The translations under genes and the position numbers were made by a program. The notes under the pieces are model-generated. The model was not told where the DNA came from and ran no database searches. It was given only the letters and a program-made list of their open reading frames with translations. Shown piece by piece: positions 41,984 through 51,910 of a stretch of 64,000 nucleotides of DNA (position 1 is the first letter of the stretch; every line of letters begins with the position of its first letter). The stretch is taken from NCBI GenBank assembly GCA_963803435.1, contig CAWDML010000001.1, positions 1,472,001 through 1,536,000 of the forward strand, written 5' to 3'. The DNA comes from an uncultured delta proteobacterium. Its GTDB lineage: Bacteria; Myxococcota; Kuafuiibacteriia; Kuafuiibacteriales; Kuafuiibacteriaceae.

Positions 41984-43321
41984 ATGCGGGGCCGAGCGCA
42001 CTGTTGGGCGACCCTGCTGCTGGGTCTCCTCGCATGCGACAAACCCAGCGCCTCCCTGTTTCTGTCTCCCGACGGCGCGGCCTCGCTCGTGCTACTGGTC
42101 GGCGACGCCCAGGGTCTCCCGGCGCAGGCCTATGCCTACTCGCCGGAGAGCGGGCCCATCACGCTGCCCCTCGACCGATCCTTCGATCGGGATGTCTTCG
42201 CGCTCCGCTTCGATCGAACGCTGTCCGACCTGGGGCTCGACCCGGGCCCGCAGAGCCTGGTGGACGACGGAGCACCGATCATGCCGACGGTCTCGCCGCC
42301 GCTCCGCGCCTCCCTGCGCAACGGTGTCTGGAGCGCCTGGTCGCCCGTCGACGCACTTCCGGGGCCCTTCGCGGCGGTCCGGATCCCTCGCCGAGATCTG
42401 TGCGTCGGCTTCACCATCCGATCGATGCTGATCGAGGCGGCCGACGTCGAGCTGGCGCAGATCGCCCTACCGCTCGACCCGTCGACGATCCTCATCGTCA
42501 CGAACCTGGGTAGGCTCTTCGAGCTCACCCGCGATGGGATGACGACGCTCCCGACGACGATCGCCACGCCGTCTCCGCTGCTGGCGGGTGCCCGCGACCC
42601 TGCGACCGGCGAGCTGTGGTTCGCCTTCAAGGACGGGAGGACCGTGCACGGGTCCCTCGACGGCACCTTCGAGGAGGGCCCGGCCATGCGCTCGAGCGGA
42701 TTCATGACGCTCGTGCTGGCGGGCGGAGACGGACCCGACGGCTTCGAGCTCTTCGCTGCCACCAGCTCGAGGACGCTCGAGCGGCTCGAAGGCGATCACT
42801 TCACCACCGTCTACGAAGACCGGGCCGCGGACCCCGAGCGCTCGCGGACCCGCATCGCCTGGGTCGGCCCCGGATCCGCGGTCGCGATCGGATGGGGCAA
42901 CGACCGATTGATCGAGTACACGGACGGCTCCGTGCGCGCGAGCTCGATCGCCCTCGACTTCCGGCTCGGCAATCCGGATGCGCTCTACGACGTGGCCGAC
43001 GTCCCTCCGCTCGGGGGCGCCATCGCCGGGAGCCGCTGCGGGCTGATCTTCGTCCGAAGGGAGGGCGAGTGGCGACGTCTGCCCGAGCCTCCGACAAACG
43101 GCCGCGTCTTCGCGGCCACCTCGATCGATCACGGCATTCTCTTCGGGGGCCAAAACGGCGTGCTCACCCAGTACTTCGAGGGCGTCGGTTACTGTGAGCC
43201 CCTTCCCGCCGCGCCGTTCGCGATCGAGCACCTGCTACCACTCGATGACGGCTTCGCGTTGATCGAGGGAGGTCGAGAAAGCGCCCGCGGCATCGAGATC
43301 GTGATCCTCGACCGCCGCTAG
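41984..43321 (+). CDS. Hypothetical lipoprotein, probable beta-propeller
   Basis: LLGLLAC lipobox; repeated short beta-strand/Gly units. Confidence 0.65.
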   Translation: MRGRAHCWATLLLGLLACDKPSASLFLSPDGAASLVLLVGDAQGLPAQAYAYSPESGPITLPLDRSFDRDVFALRFDRTLSDLGLDPGPQSLVDDGAPIMPTVSPPLRASLRNGVWSAWSPVDALPGPFAAVRIPRRDLCVGFTIRSMLIEAADVELAQIALPLDPSTILIVTNLGRLFELTRDGMTTLPTTIATPSPLLAGARDPATGELWFAFKDGRTVHGSLDGTFEEGPAMRSSGFMTLVLAGGDGPDGFELFAATSSRTLERLEGDHFTTVYEDRAADPERSRTRIAWVGPGSAVAIGWGNDRLIEYTDGSVRASSIALDFRLGNPDALYDVADVPPLGGAIAGSRCGLIFVRREGEWRRLPEPPTNGRVFAATSIDHGILFGGQNGVLTQYFEGVGYCEPLPAAPFAIEHLLPLDDGFALIEGGRESARGIEIVILDRR

Positions 43322-43391
43322 ACGAGGGTTAAAGAAGGCCTACACCGGCGGAGTCGCCGTCCCATCCGGCCAGTGCTACCCTCGTTCCGCG

Positions 43392-44816
43392 GTGGTGGCG
43401 CCGCTCGAGTTCCCCTGCCCCTACGGCAAGTACGAGCTCCTCGAGCGCATCGGCGACGGGGGCATGGCCGAGGTCTTTCGCGCGCGGCTGCCGGGCGTCG
43501 GCGGCTTCGAGAAGATCGTCGTCATCAAGCGGATCCTCCCGCACCTCTCCCGGAAGAAGAAGTTCGTGGAGATGTTCGTGCGGGAGGCGTCGCTGGCCGC
43601 CGCCCTCAACCACAAGAACGTGGTGCACGTCTTCGAGCTCGGCCAGCTCGACGATGGCGAGCTCTACATCGCGATGGAGTACGTGCGCGGCACCGATCTT
43701 CGCCGGATCTTGACCACCTCCACCAAGCGCTCGCTCCGGATCCCGCCCTGGTTCTCCGTGTTCATCATGGCCGAGGTGCTGGAGGGCCTCGCCTACGCGC
43801 ACCATCTCCCCGACGAAGAGATCGGCGAGCGAACGATCCTTCATCGGGACGTGACCCCGTCGAACATCTTCATCTCGTGGCTCGGCGAGGTGAAGCTCGG
43901 CGACTTCGGTCTGGCGCGCGACGACTCGATGCGCTCGCTGACGCGCCCCGGACAGCGCAAGGGCAAGCTCTCGTACATGCCGCCGGAGCAGATCCACGCC
44001 GAGGTGCTCGACGAGCGTGCCGACGTCTTTGCGGCCGGCGTGGTGCTCTGGGAGTGCCTGACGCAGCGCCGACTGTTCGGCGGGCGGACCGAGATGGAGG
44101 TCGCCCACATGATCAGCGATCCGAATCGCCCGCCGCCCTCGCGCTATCTGAGAGACGTCCCGGACGAGCTCGATCGCATCGTCCTGTGGGCGCTGGCTCC
44201 CGAGCGCGCGAACCGGGTACCGAACGCGCGAACGTTCCAGTCGCACCTGCTCGATCTGCTCCCGAAGCTCCACTCGGGCTTCCGGCCCGACGACATCCGG
44301 CAGATGGTGGAGCGTTTGACCGGTGACCGCCCGCCGCTGCCGTCGCTCACGGCCAATGAGCACAGCGCCATCGTGAACCCCGGTGTCCGCTTCGAGGAGA
44401 TCACGTCGCCCGGCTCGGGCCCGCTCCCTTCCACGCGCAGCCGAAGCGGGAGCAAGGGCGACGCCGGCATCGCCGTCCGACAGACGCCGAAGACCGGACC
44501 GAACCCGACGCTCGGACGGGCGCCGATGCCGCTGCCCAACACCGGCGACGATTTCTGGGTCAGGAACCCGAGCTCCGATCTCCCTGCCCCACCCCACGCA
44601 CCACCACCGGCCCGCCGTCCCATCAGCTCGGCGTTCGTCCCGCCGCTCCACCACGGGCTCTACGGAGACACGCCGCGGGCGACGAGCTCGAGCGCGGGGC
44701 CTTGGCAGAACCTCAGCGTCGATCTCGTGCTCGACGGAGAGCGGACGCCTTCGCCCTCCAGCGACGATCTCGAGGAGATCGAGATCCTCGAGCCGATCGA
44801 GGTCGACGCTGACTGA
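43392..44816 (+). CDS. Ser/Thr protein kinase with disordered C-terminal tail
   Basis: IGDGGMAEVF, VIKRIL, HRDVTPSNI, DFGLA, GKLSYMPPEQ. Confidence 0.92.
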   Translation: MVAPLEFPCPYGKYELLERIGDGGMAEVFRARLPGVGGFEKIVVIKRILPHLSRKKKFVEMFVREASLAAALNHKNVVHVFELGQLDDGELYIAMEYVRGTDLRRILTTSTKRSLRIPPWFSVFIMAEVLEGLAYAHHLPDEEIGERTILHRDVTPSNIFISWLGEVKLGDFGLARDDSMRSLTRPGQRKGKLSYMPPEQIHAEVLDERADVFAAGVVLWECLTQRRLFGGRTEMEVAHMISDPNRPPPSRYLRDVPDELDRIVLWALAPERANRVPNARTFQSHLLDLLPKLHSGFRPDDIRQMVERLTGDRPPLPSLTANEHSAIVNPGVRFEEITSPGSGPLPSTRSRSGSKGDAGIAVRQTPKTGPNPTLGRAPMPLPNTGDDFWVRNPSSDLPAPPHAPPPARRPISSAFVPPLHHGLYGDTPRATSSSAGPWQNLSVDLVLDGERTPSPSSDDLEEIEILEPIEVDAD

Positions 44817-44918
44817 TCCCCCGCGGCCCGGACTGTCTCTGCCAAGTCACGCACGAGAAGCAAGCCGGCAACTCGGTGACCCCACGCTCGATAATCCCGG
44901 CGAGGACACACGGTCTAC

Positions 44919-45098
44919 ATGCTCTCGCTGAAGGACGAGGGCCACGACGTGGAGCCGGAGAGCCCGTCGCGCTGGGACGCCTGCAACGGCTGGGAAGGCA
45001 TCGACGTCCCGCCCGGTCACTTCCTCGCGTTCGTCGCCATCCCTGATTCGCCGGCCTCTGGCGCACCCACCTCTGGGACTCGGCTCGAGCGCTCCTGA
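44919..45098 (+). CDS. Possible 59-aa ORF or gene remnant
   Basis: MLSLKDEGHDVEPESPSRWDACNGWEG...; GC3-rich codons in the first two thirds; fills an otherwise empty gap. Confidence 0.25.
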   Translation: MLSLKDEGHDVEPESPSRWDACNGWEGIDVPPGHFLAFVAIPDSPASGAPTSGTRLERS

Positions 45099-45104
45099 CC
45101 AAGC

Positions 45105-45695
45105 TCATCGCGCGCTGCGATCGTCGTCTGGGATGACCTTGATCCTCTTCTCGGAACCTTCGCCCTCGCTGATCGAGGTCACTCCCGCGACGTCCTTCAG
45201 ATAGTTGTGCACGACCCACCGCTCCTTGGAGTTCATCGGCTCCATGATCTCGGGCTTGCCGCTGCTCCTGACCCGATCGGCGGCGTCGCGCGCCATCGCC
45301 TCGAAGCGCTCGTGATCCACGCCCTCCGGCTTGTCGCCCCGGGGTCGATCGCGGCGCGGGCCGTCGGACCGACTGCGATCCGAACGCGGGCGATCGCGAT
45401 CGCCGCGCCGCGAGCGATCGCCGCCCCGCCGATCACCTCCGCCTTCTCGACGGCGGCCGCGCCCGTCGCGATCGTCGCGGCGCTCGCGGCCCCGGGGCCG
45501 ATCACCCTCGGGAGGCAACGCGTCCGCCATACCGGCGACCGACGCGACGAAGCACCGCCGGCCTCCGGTGCCCACGATGTCGGCGGACATCGGGACCTCG
45601 TAGACGTCGAGCTTGCCGGCTTCGACCTCGAAGTGTGCAGCTGCGCTCGAAACCGCTTGCTCGCGGGTCTCGGCGAAGAACTCTTTCTTGTACAC
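45105..45695 (-). CDS. Jag/KhpB-like RNA-binding protein (Jag_N + R3H, no KH domain)
   Basis: N-terminal EFFAETREQAVSSAAAHF; C-terminal EPMNSKERWVVHNYL...SISEGEGSEKRIKV (RxxxH). Confidence 0.75.
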   Translation of the reverse strand: MYKKEFFAETREQAVSSAAAHFEVEAGKLDVYEVPMSADIVGTGGRRCFVASVAGMADALPPEGDRPRGRERRDDRDGRGRRREGGGDRRGGDRSRRGDRDRPRSDRSRSDGPRRDRPRGDKPEGVDHERFEAMARDAADRVRSSGKPEIMEPMNSKERWVVHNYLKDVAGVTSISEGEGSEKRIKVIPDDDRSAR

Positions 45696-45776
45696 GCCCC
45701 GTGTTAAACCGAGGCGACCCGCGTCGGCCATGTAAGAAATGGAGGACGGGTATCCTACATCCGCCGATAAGGAGGC

Positions 45777-46238
45777 GTGGAGCAGATCGTGATGGCCAGC
45801 GAGGTCGAGGCGAGCGCTTCGACCCTCGAGGCCGTGCTCGGCGGCGAGGATAAGGGCGTGTTTTCGAGGGAAGAAGTCCTCGACGCGCTGGCCTTTCTCA
45901 CCCTCCGAACGACCCTCTCCACCGGGGAGCTACCGACGGATCCGCGCCTGGTGGAGTGCCTGGAGCGGTGGCGGTCGCGCGTGCTCTGCGCCACACAAGA
46001 CGAACCCGAGCTCGCCTTCCCCGCTCGGGTCGAACGGTACCTCGAGATTCGGCCCCTGAACCCGCAGCTCCTCCCGCTGCTCGAAGCCTGCTTCGATTGG
46101 ACAGAGGCGAATCGCGAGCACCACGTCCGCAGCCGCGCGGAGAAGCTCCTCGGAACCACAACCGTCACTCGCTCCGAGCCCGCCCCCAAGACCGGAAGCA
46201 GCTGGCTCGAGATTCGCGCTTCCCAGAGGACACCATGA
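45777..46238 (+). CDS. Hypothetical protein
   Basis: 153-aa ORF; stop overlaps the next start (ATGA); start could be 45789 or 45792. Confidence 0.55.
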   Translation: MEQIVMASEVEASASTLEAVLGGEDKGVFSREEVLDALAFLTLRTTLSTGELPTDPRLVECLERWRSRVLCATQDEPELAFPARVERYLEIRPLNPQLLPLLEACFDWTEANREHHVRSRAEKLLGTTTVTRSEPAPKTGSSWLEIRASQRTP

Positions 46239-47773
46239 TACGCGTCGCCTTCGAACCCATCAGCCAGGTCGCCATCACCGCCGGTGAGCGCTCCGGTCTC
46301 GACTACACCCTCGAATGGTTGCGAGGTGAGCTCAATGGAGACACCGCGGCGCGCGACCTCGTCCAGTCGATGAATCAGGCCGGCTTCTCGGTGCAGATCG
46401 GCCGCGGGGCCAGCGGCCGCCAGCTCGGCGCCGAGGCCACCAAGCGAGAGGTCGGACAGCTGCTCGACGTCCTCGGCAAGTTCGTCCCGAACGCCCGCGC
46501 GGACCGGAGCGGCTTCGAGAGCGCGTTCTCGATCATGAAGAAGTTCGCGCCCGACAAGCTCCCGGCCGATCTCATGACGCCGGCGACCTCGGTCCGCGCG
46601 CCCAGCTTCATGCGCGGCCCCATCGGTCCCTCGGCGCGCTACGATCTCGGCGTCTCGGTCGACGAGCGCGGCGCGGTGAAGGGCTTGGTCTTCAACGCCA
46701 AGATCCCGAGCCGCATGATGGCCCGCGGGATGACCCGCGGCGTGAGCATGGAGCGGAACCTCAAGGGCGGCCTCAACGTCGACCTCGGCCCGGACATTCG
46801 ATCGGTCAGGTTCCAGAAGCCGATGACGATCCGCGCGATCGTTCAGAAGAAAATCGACGAAGGACGGCTCGACGCCAGCCACGCCAAGGATTGGATTGCC
46901 GCCCTCGAAAAGGCGGGCTTCGACCTCGACGCGAAGCGCTCCGTGCTGGTGGCCCGTCTCGAGGACGGCACCAGCCAGCTGATCTTCTTCCGCAGCTCGG
47001 GCGAGCAGAACCCGAACCCGATGAGCCGCGAGGAGAAGGCGTTCGCCCGGCAGCTCGGCTACGATCCGGACAACGCGCCGGAGAGCGTGCCGCGCGACTT
47101 CGGCATCGCCTGCGTCGACACCTGCGTGGAGATGGGCGACCTCCTGGGTCAGCGCCCCTTCCTGGCGCGCAAGCCAGTGATCAACGTCTACCACCCGGTC
47201 CCCGGCACGGCCGTCGAGGTCGAGGTCGAGCTGGCGAACAGCGGCTACTTCTCGAGCCTCTATCCGAAGCCGGCCGACCGCGTCGGCGATCAGAGGGTCG
47301 TCTGGCGGATGAAGTCGGGCGGCCTGGGCGGCGAGCTCTTCGATCCTGCGAACGAGCGCCGCTACCCCTACCTCTACTGGGAGGCGATGCAGACCACCGC
47401 GTTCTCGATCGATCACCGCCAGGCCTACTGCGTGCGGGGTGAGGATGCGGCCGAGTTCCTGGAGAAGGCCTGTCAGTCCTTCGCGTTCAACGCCAAGGAG
47501 ACGACCGACTTCATCACCTACTGGATCGCGGCGCTCGAGCAGAACGAGTACAACGTGATCCAGTTCCTCGGCGCCGAGTACGAGGCGTTCGCCAGCCTCT
47601 CGGTCACGCCCGCGCCCGATCAGGTGACGCGCGTGTTCATGATCTTCGAGCGCTCCAACGTCCCGGTCGTCACCGGGAACCCGGCGCTGCCCGAGATCAC
47701 GCGCCATGCGGGCTTTGTGGTCACCGAGTGGGGCGGTTGCAACCTCGACGAGACGCGCCGCCTGGTCCGCTGA
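46235..47773 (+). CDS. Hypothetical protein with C-terminal 'KPVIY...EWGG'-type domain
   Basis: ARKPVINVY, YPYLYWEA, DFITYW, PAPDQVTRVFM, VTEWGG; start ATG 46235. Confidence 0.7.
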   Translation: MIRVAFEPISQVAITAGERSGLDYTLEWLRGELNGDTAARDLVQSMNQAGFSVQIGRGASGRQLGAEATKREVGQLLDVLGKFVPNARADRSGFESAFSIMKKFAPDKLPADLMTPATSVRAPSFMRGPIGPSARYDLGVSVDERGAVKGLVFNAKIPSRMMARGMTRGVSMERNLKGGLNVDLGPDIRSVRFQKPMTIRAIVQKKIDEGRLDASHAKDWIAALEKAGFDLDAKRSVLVARLEDGTSQLIFFRSSGEQNPNPMSREEKAFARQLGYDPDNAPESVPRDFGIACVDTCVEMGDLLGQRPFLARKPVINVYHPVPGTAVEVEVELANSGYFSSLYPKPADRVGDQRVVWRMKSGGLGGELFDPANERRYPYLYWEAMQTTAFSIDHRQAYCVRGEDAAEFLEKACQSFAFNAKETTDFITYWIAALEQNEYNVIQFLGAEYEAFASLSVTPAPDQVTRVFMIFERSNVPVVTGNPALPEITRHAGFVVTEWGGCNLDETRRLVR

Positions 47774-47775
47774 GC

Positions 47776-49137
47776 TCAACCCGGCGCGCGTGGCACCGCG
47801 GGGCTCAGCTCGAGCCCCGCGTCCCGTCCCACCGCTGCGAGATCGCTGAGCAGCTCGGTCTCGTCCAGGTAGCGCTCTTCGGGATCGCGCCGGTGGAGAC
47901 GGGACACGATCCGTTCGAGGCCCGCGGGGGCCTTGATCCCCAGGCTTCGAAAGCTCAGACCGTCCTCGGACGGGAGCTGCGCCGACACATCCAGGCGCTG
48001 GGACGGGAACATCCGCCTCCCGGCGAGCACCTCGAGCAACACCGTCCCCAGCGAGAACTGATCCGCGCGGTGATCGATCGGCAGGCTGGAGAGCATCTCG
48101 GGTGACAGGTAGCCGGGCGTCCCCAGGATCATGCCGGTGCGCGTCACGCCCGACTCCTTGAGCTTGGCGATGCCGAAGTCGACGAGCTTCACCTGATCGT
48201 CCGAGTCGATGAGGATGTTGGCCGGCTTGACGTCGCGGTGAACGACGCCCTCGCGATGCGCATACTCGAGGCCGTCCGCGATCTGGTAGGCGATGGACAC
48301 GACGAACGGCCAGTCGAACTTTCCCACGGTCTGGCCGAGGTCGTAGAGCGACTGTCCGTCGACGAGCTCCATCGCCAGATACATCAACCGGTTGGCTCGG
48401 TCCTCGCCGAAGTCGTGAACCGTCACGATGCGAGGATGTCTCAGGCGCCCGGCGGCCCGCGCCTCGAGGACGAATCGGTCGAGGCGATCGCTCTCCTGTG
48501 CCGGGCTGACATCGCCGATCGCGAGGACCTTCAGCGCGACGCTTCGTTCGAGCAAGGGATCGAAGCAGCGATAGACCGTACCCATGCCGCCACTCCCCAG
48601 GACCGCCTCGACCTGGTAGCGCCCGATCTTGGGTGCGGCCGCGCCGGCCGCCGGCCCGCGGATCAACATCGTCGGGGGAGCCGGGCGAAGCGGGGGCTGA
48701 GCCGGTCGATTCCTCTTGGCCCGGATCGCGGCCCGTACCTCCGCCTTCAGGGCTTCGGGAGGGAAAGGCTTCTCCAGGTAGTTGACGGCGCCCAGCCTCA
48801 TCGCGGCGACCGCCTTCGGGATCGAACGCGACCCGGAGAGGATGAGGACGTCCGCGCTCAAGGATTGGTCTCGGATCGCCTCGAGCAGATCGAGACCGTC
48901 GACCTTCGGCATGTTCAGGTCGCTCACCACCAGATCGAACTGGGCGATCTTCAGCTGCTTGAGGGCCTCCAGCCCGTCCTTGGCCAGAACGACACGGTAT
49001 CCCGAGTCCGAGAGGCACTCCGCCAGGAGGTACGCATGATCCGGGTCGTCCTCGACCAGGAGCACGGATCCGAGCAGCGGCTCGCCCTCGAAGAACCCTT
49101 CCACGACTTCACCCGCACCCGACAACTTTTGCTCCAT
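47776..49137 (-). CDS. Response-regulator receiver fused to Ser/Thr kinase
   Basis: VEDDPD...SDLNMPKVDG...YLEKPF then LGSGGMGTVY, HRDVKPANI, DFGIAK, GTPGYLSPE. Confidence 0.9.
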   Translation of the reverse strand: MEQKLSGAGEVVEGFFEGEPLLGSVLLVEDDPDHAYLLAECLSDSGYRVVLAKDGLEALKQLKIAQFDLVVSDLNMPKVDGLDLLEAIRDQSLSADVLILSGSRSIPKAVAAMRLGAVNYLEKPFPPEALKAEVRAAIRAKRNRPAQPPLRPAPPTMLIRGPAAGAAAPKIGRYQVEAVLGSGGMGTVYRCFDPLLERSVALKVLAIGDVSPAQESDRLDRFVLEARAAGRLRHPRIVTVHDFGEDRANRLMYLAMELVDGQSLYDLGQTVGKFDWPFVVSIAYQIADGLEYAHREGVVHRDVKPANILIDSDDQVKLVDFGIAKLKESGVTRTGMILGTPGYLSPEMLSSLPIDHRADQFSLGTVLLEVLAGRRMFPSQRLDVSAQLPSEDGLSFRSLGIKAPAGLERIVSRLHRRDPEERYLDETELLSDLAAVGRDAGLELSPAVPRAPG

Positions 49138-49293
49138 CCCGCTCCTGCTCGGCACGAGCATGAAGCATGCCCGCCCCCGTCGACGCACCCAGTGCCGAGC
49201 CGAGCCAGGAGCGCCGTGCGGCTCCGTGACAGCGTGCCGCGCAGCGAGGCGGTCCTCCCGTCGCAGTCGTCCCGGCATGCCCTGCACGAGAAG

Positions 49294-49309
49294 CGGTACG
49301 GATGCTGCA
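49294..49309 (+). promoter_or_regulatory. Putative sigma54 promoter of the BON gene
   Basis: CGGTACGGATGCTGCA (GG-N10-GC), then AAGGAGG RBS at 49324-30 and ATG 49335. Confidence 0.4.
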
Positions 49310-49334
49310 ACCAGCGCACGGCCAAGGAGGCAAT

Positions 49335-50354
49335 ATGCCAAAGGTCAACATGAACCTCGTCTTCGCAACCGCGTTCGGTCTCATTGGACTGTGCTCGCGG
49401 CCAGCGCAGGCGGCTACGGCTCCCGACGCGTGGATCACGACGAAGATCAAGATCGACATGATCCGCACCAGCCACATCGACTCGAACGATGTGCACGTCG
49501 ATACGATTGACGGAAAGGTCACGCTGCACGGAACGGTGGACACGCCCGCCGAGAGGAAAAAGGCGGAAGCGGTCGCCAAGGGCATCAAGGGCGTGACCAG
49601 CGTTCGCAACCTGCTCCAGGTGGTCCCGAAGAAACAGCAAGAGGCGGTCGAGCAGTCGGACGACACGATCAAGAAGAAGGTCGACGCGCTGCTCCGCGCG
49701 GACCCGTCGCTGTCCGACAGCTCGATCGAGGTGAAGTCGGTCAACAAGGGCACCGTGCTCCTGGCGGGCAAGGCCCAGAACATGTTCGACTACCTGCGCG
49801 CGCTGGAGTCGACCGAGAGCATCCCGGGAGTGCGGGGCGTCGCCAGCGAGATCACCTCGACCGACACTCTTCCCGACGTCGACAAGACGAAGTCGAAGAG
49901 CGCCGCGAAGGACGCCTGGATCACCACCGAGACCAAGATGCGCCTCCTGGCCGATCCGGACGCGCCCGCGCTCGACATCAACGTCGACACGCACGACGGC
50001 GTGGTCACGCTCTTCGGGATGGTCCCGACCGAGGCGGCCAAGGCGTCAGCGGTCGACGACGCCAAGAAGGTCGACGCCGCCGTGAGCGTGAACGACGCGC
50101 TCCAGGTGGTGCCGAAGGCCGAGCAGAAGCGCATTCAGGTCACCGATAGCCGCCTGCAGAAGAACATCGAGAGCGCGTTCAAGAAGCACAGCGAGTTCCG
50201 GGACCTGAGCGTGCAGGTGGAGAACGGCGTCGCTCACCTCACGGGCAACGTGTCGTCGGGCTGGCAGCGGGTTCAGGCGGCGACGATCGCGCGCGGGACA
50301 AAGGGAGTGGCGAGCGTCCAGGACGACATCCACATCGAGCAGCCGCGCGGCTGA
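49335..50354 (+). CDS. OsmY-like protein with four BON domains
   Basis: Signal peptide; DAWITTKIK...VDTIDGKVTLHGTV and DAWITTETK...VDTHDGVVTLFG repeats; strong RBS. Confidence 0.9.
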   Translation: MPKVNMNLVFATAFGLIGLCSRPAQAATAPDAWITTKIKIDMIRTSHIDSNDVHVDTIDGKVTLHGTVDTPAERKKAEAVAKGIKGVTSVRNLLQVVPKKQQEAVEQSDDTIKKKVDALLRADPSLSDSSIEVKSVNKGTVLLAGKAQNMFDYLRALESTESIPGVRGVASEITSTDTLPDVDKTKSKSAAKDAWITTETKMRLLADPDAPALDINVDTHDGVVTLFGMVPTEAAKASAVDDAKKVDAAVSVNDALQVVPKAEQKRIQVTDSRLQKNIESAFKKHSEFRDLSVQVENGVAHLTGNVSSGWQRVQAATIARGTKGVASVQDDIHIEQPRG

Positions 50355-50377
50355 TCGACGCTGGGAGCGAAGGCGCG

Positions 50378-50944
50378 CTACTCCTCAGGCTCTGCTTCGG
50401 CTCGCCTTCGCTCCTGTGCCTTGGTCTCCGACGCGGCCTTCAGCGCCGCCAGGCCCTTCTCGAAGTCTCCGCCCACCATCGAGTCCATGTCGGCGAACAG
50501 CCCGAACGCCTTGCCCATGAGGTCGTTGTTCCCGCTCATCTTCCAGTTGACCTGCGTGGCCTCACCCGCGGGCGCGAAGGTGAACGTGGTCTGGCTCCGG
50601 GATTTCCACGGCTTGAGGAACTCGAGCTCGATGTCGATCGATCGATCGGGCTCGAGCGCGGTCAGCGTCATCTTTCCCTCGCCGACGTCCTTGTTTCCGA
50701 TCCAAGCGTAGCTCGAACCGACCTCACCCGGCGTCCCTTCGAAGGTCTTCTTGAGGTTCGGATCCAGCTTCTCCCAAGGCGACCAGGCCTCCCACTGGTG
50801 GAAGTCGCCGACCATCGCATAGGGGACGTCGGCGGGAGCCTCGATGTCGATCGAGCGCTGGATCTCGAACGTCGCCGGCTGCATGGCCACGACGCCGAGG
50901 AAGAGGAGGACGATCACGAAGAGAGCAATGAGAACCTTCTTCAT
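50378..50944 (-). CDS. SRPBCC (polyketide cyclase/dehydrase-like) family protein
   Basis: N-terminal anchor, RSIDIEAP, WEAWSPW, GGDFEKGLAALK. Confidence 0.85.
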   Translation of the reverse strand: MKKVLIALFVIVLLFLGVVAMQPATFEIQRSIDIEAPADVPYAMVGDFHQWEAWSPWEKLDPNLKKTFEGTPGEVGSSYAWIGNKDVGEGKMTLTALEPDRSIDIELEFLKPWKSRSQTTFTFAPAGEATQVNWKMSGNNDLMGKAFGLFADMDSMVGGDFEKGLAALKAASETKAQERRRAEAEPEE

Positions 50945-50966
50945 GGCGCGGGACTCTAGCACGTTG

Positions 50967-51854
50967 CTAGCGCGCCTCCTGCGGGAGCTGGCGGGCCCGG
51001 AGGACGATCAGGCTGCCGGCCGCCACCAGGCTCATGCCAAACAGCGCGGCGATGGACCATCGGAAGCCTTCGGCGAACGTCGACGCGATCATCGCCAGCA
51101 CCGGGATCACCACCGCAATGTATCCGGAGCGGGCCGCCCCGATGCGGTGGAGCAGCGTGAGGTAGCAGATGAAGGCGACGACCGAGCCGAGCAGCGCGAG
51201 GTAGGCGAGCGACGCGAGATAGGCGAACGAGACGTCGAGGGCGAACGGGATCCGAGAGAAGATGCAGTACGCGGCCACGCTCAGCGATGCGTAGAACATG
51301 CCCCAGGCGGTGCTGGAGACGACGCCGAGGCCGCTGGCGAACAGGCGCTGCGACCACAGGTTCGCCGCCGAGGTCGAGAACGTCGCCATCACGGCCAGCA
51401 CCAGGCCGACCTGTTCCTCGGGAGCGCCGCGGAAATGAGCGAGCTCGGGCGAGAACACCAGCACGATGCCGGCGAAGCCGATACCCGCCCCCACGGCCAC
51501 CAGAGGGTGCAGCTTCGCGCCCAGGAAGACGCGCGCGCCCAGAATGTTCCAGAACACCACCAGCGCGAAGACGACCGCGATCAATCCGGAGGTCAGACGC
51601 CGCTCGCTGAAGTAGACCAGGACATAGACCACCCCGAACTGGAGGATGCCGAGGACCGCGACCTTCAAGTGCGCGAGCGGCTCGAGCCGGAGCGGGACCC
51701 TGCGGGCCGCGCCCCAGACGAACAGCACCAGCGACGCGAGCCCGAAGCGATAGACGACGGAGACCTCCGGCGGAACGGTTCCGAGCTGGAACTTGATCAC
51801 GAGCCACGTCGTGCCCCAGATGAAGGCCGGGACCAGGAACAGCAGCGACCGCAT
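50967..51854 (-). CDS. EamA/DMT family transporter
   Basis: IWGTTWLVIK, about 10 hydrophobic helices, LLGSVVAF. Confidence 0.9.
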   Translation of the reverse strand: MRSLLFLVPAFIWGTTWLVIKFQLGTVPPEVSVVYRFGLASLVLFVWGAARRVPLRLEPLAHLKVAVLGILQFGVVYVLVYFSERRLTSGLIAVVFALVVFWNILGARVFLGAKLHPLVAVGAGIGFAGIVLVFSPELAHFRGAPEEQVGLVLAVMATFSTSAANLWSQRLFASGLGVVSSTAWGMFYASLSVAAYCIFSRIPFALDVSFAYLASLAYLALLGSVVAFICYLTLLHRIGAARSGYIAVVIPVLAMIASTFAEGFRWSIAALFGMSLVAAGSLIVLRARQLPQEAR

Positions 51855-51910
51855 GGGTGGCGTATCGGTACGCGAGCCGGCCAGGACGAGCCAGCGCGAT
51901 CTGGGCTCCC

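Noticed and set aside
45755-49018. Long alternative or antisense ORFs (e.g. 45755..49018, 31395..34499, 54229..57288, 35756..38443, 7330..9312)
   Set aside because: Shadow frames of recognisable genes, expected in high-GC DNA; no motifs
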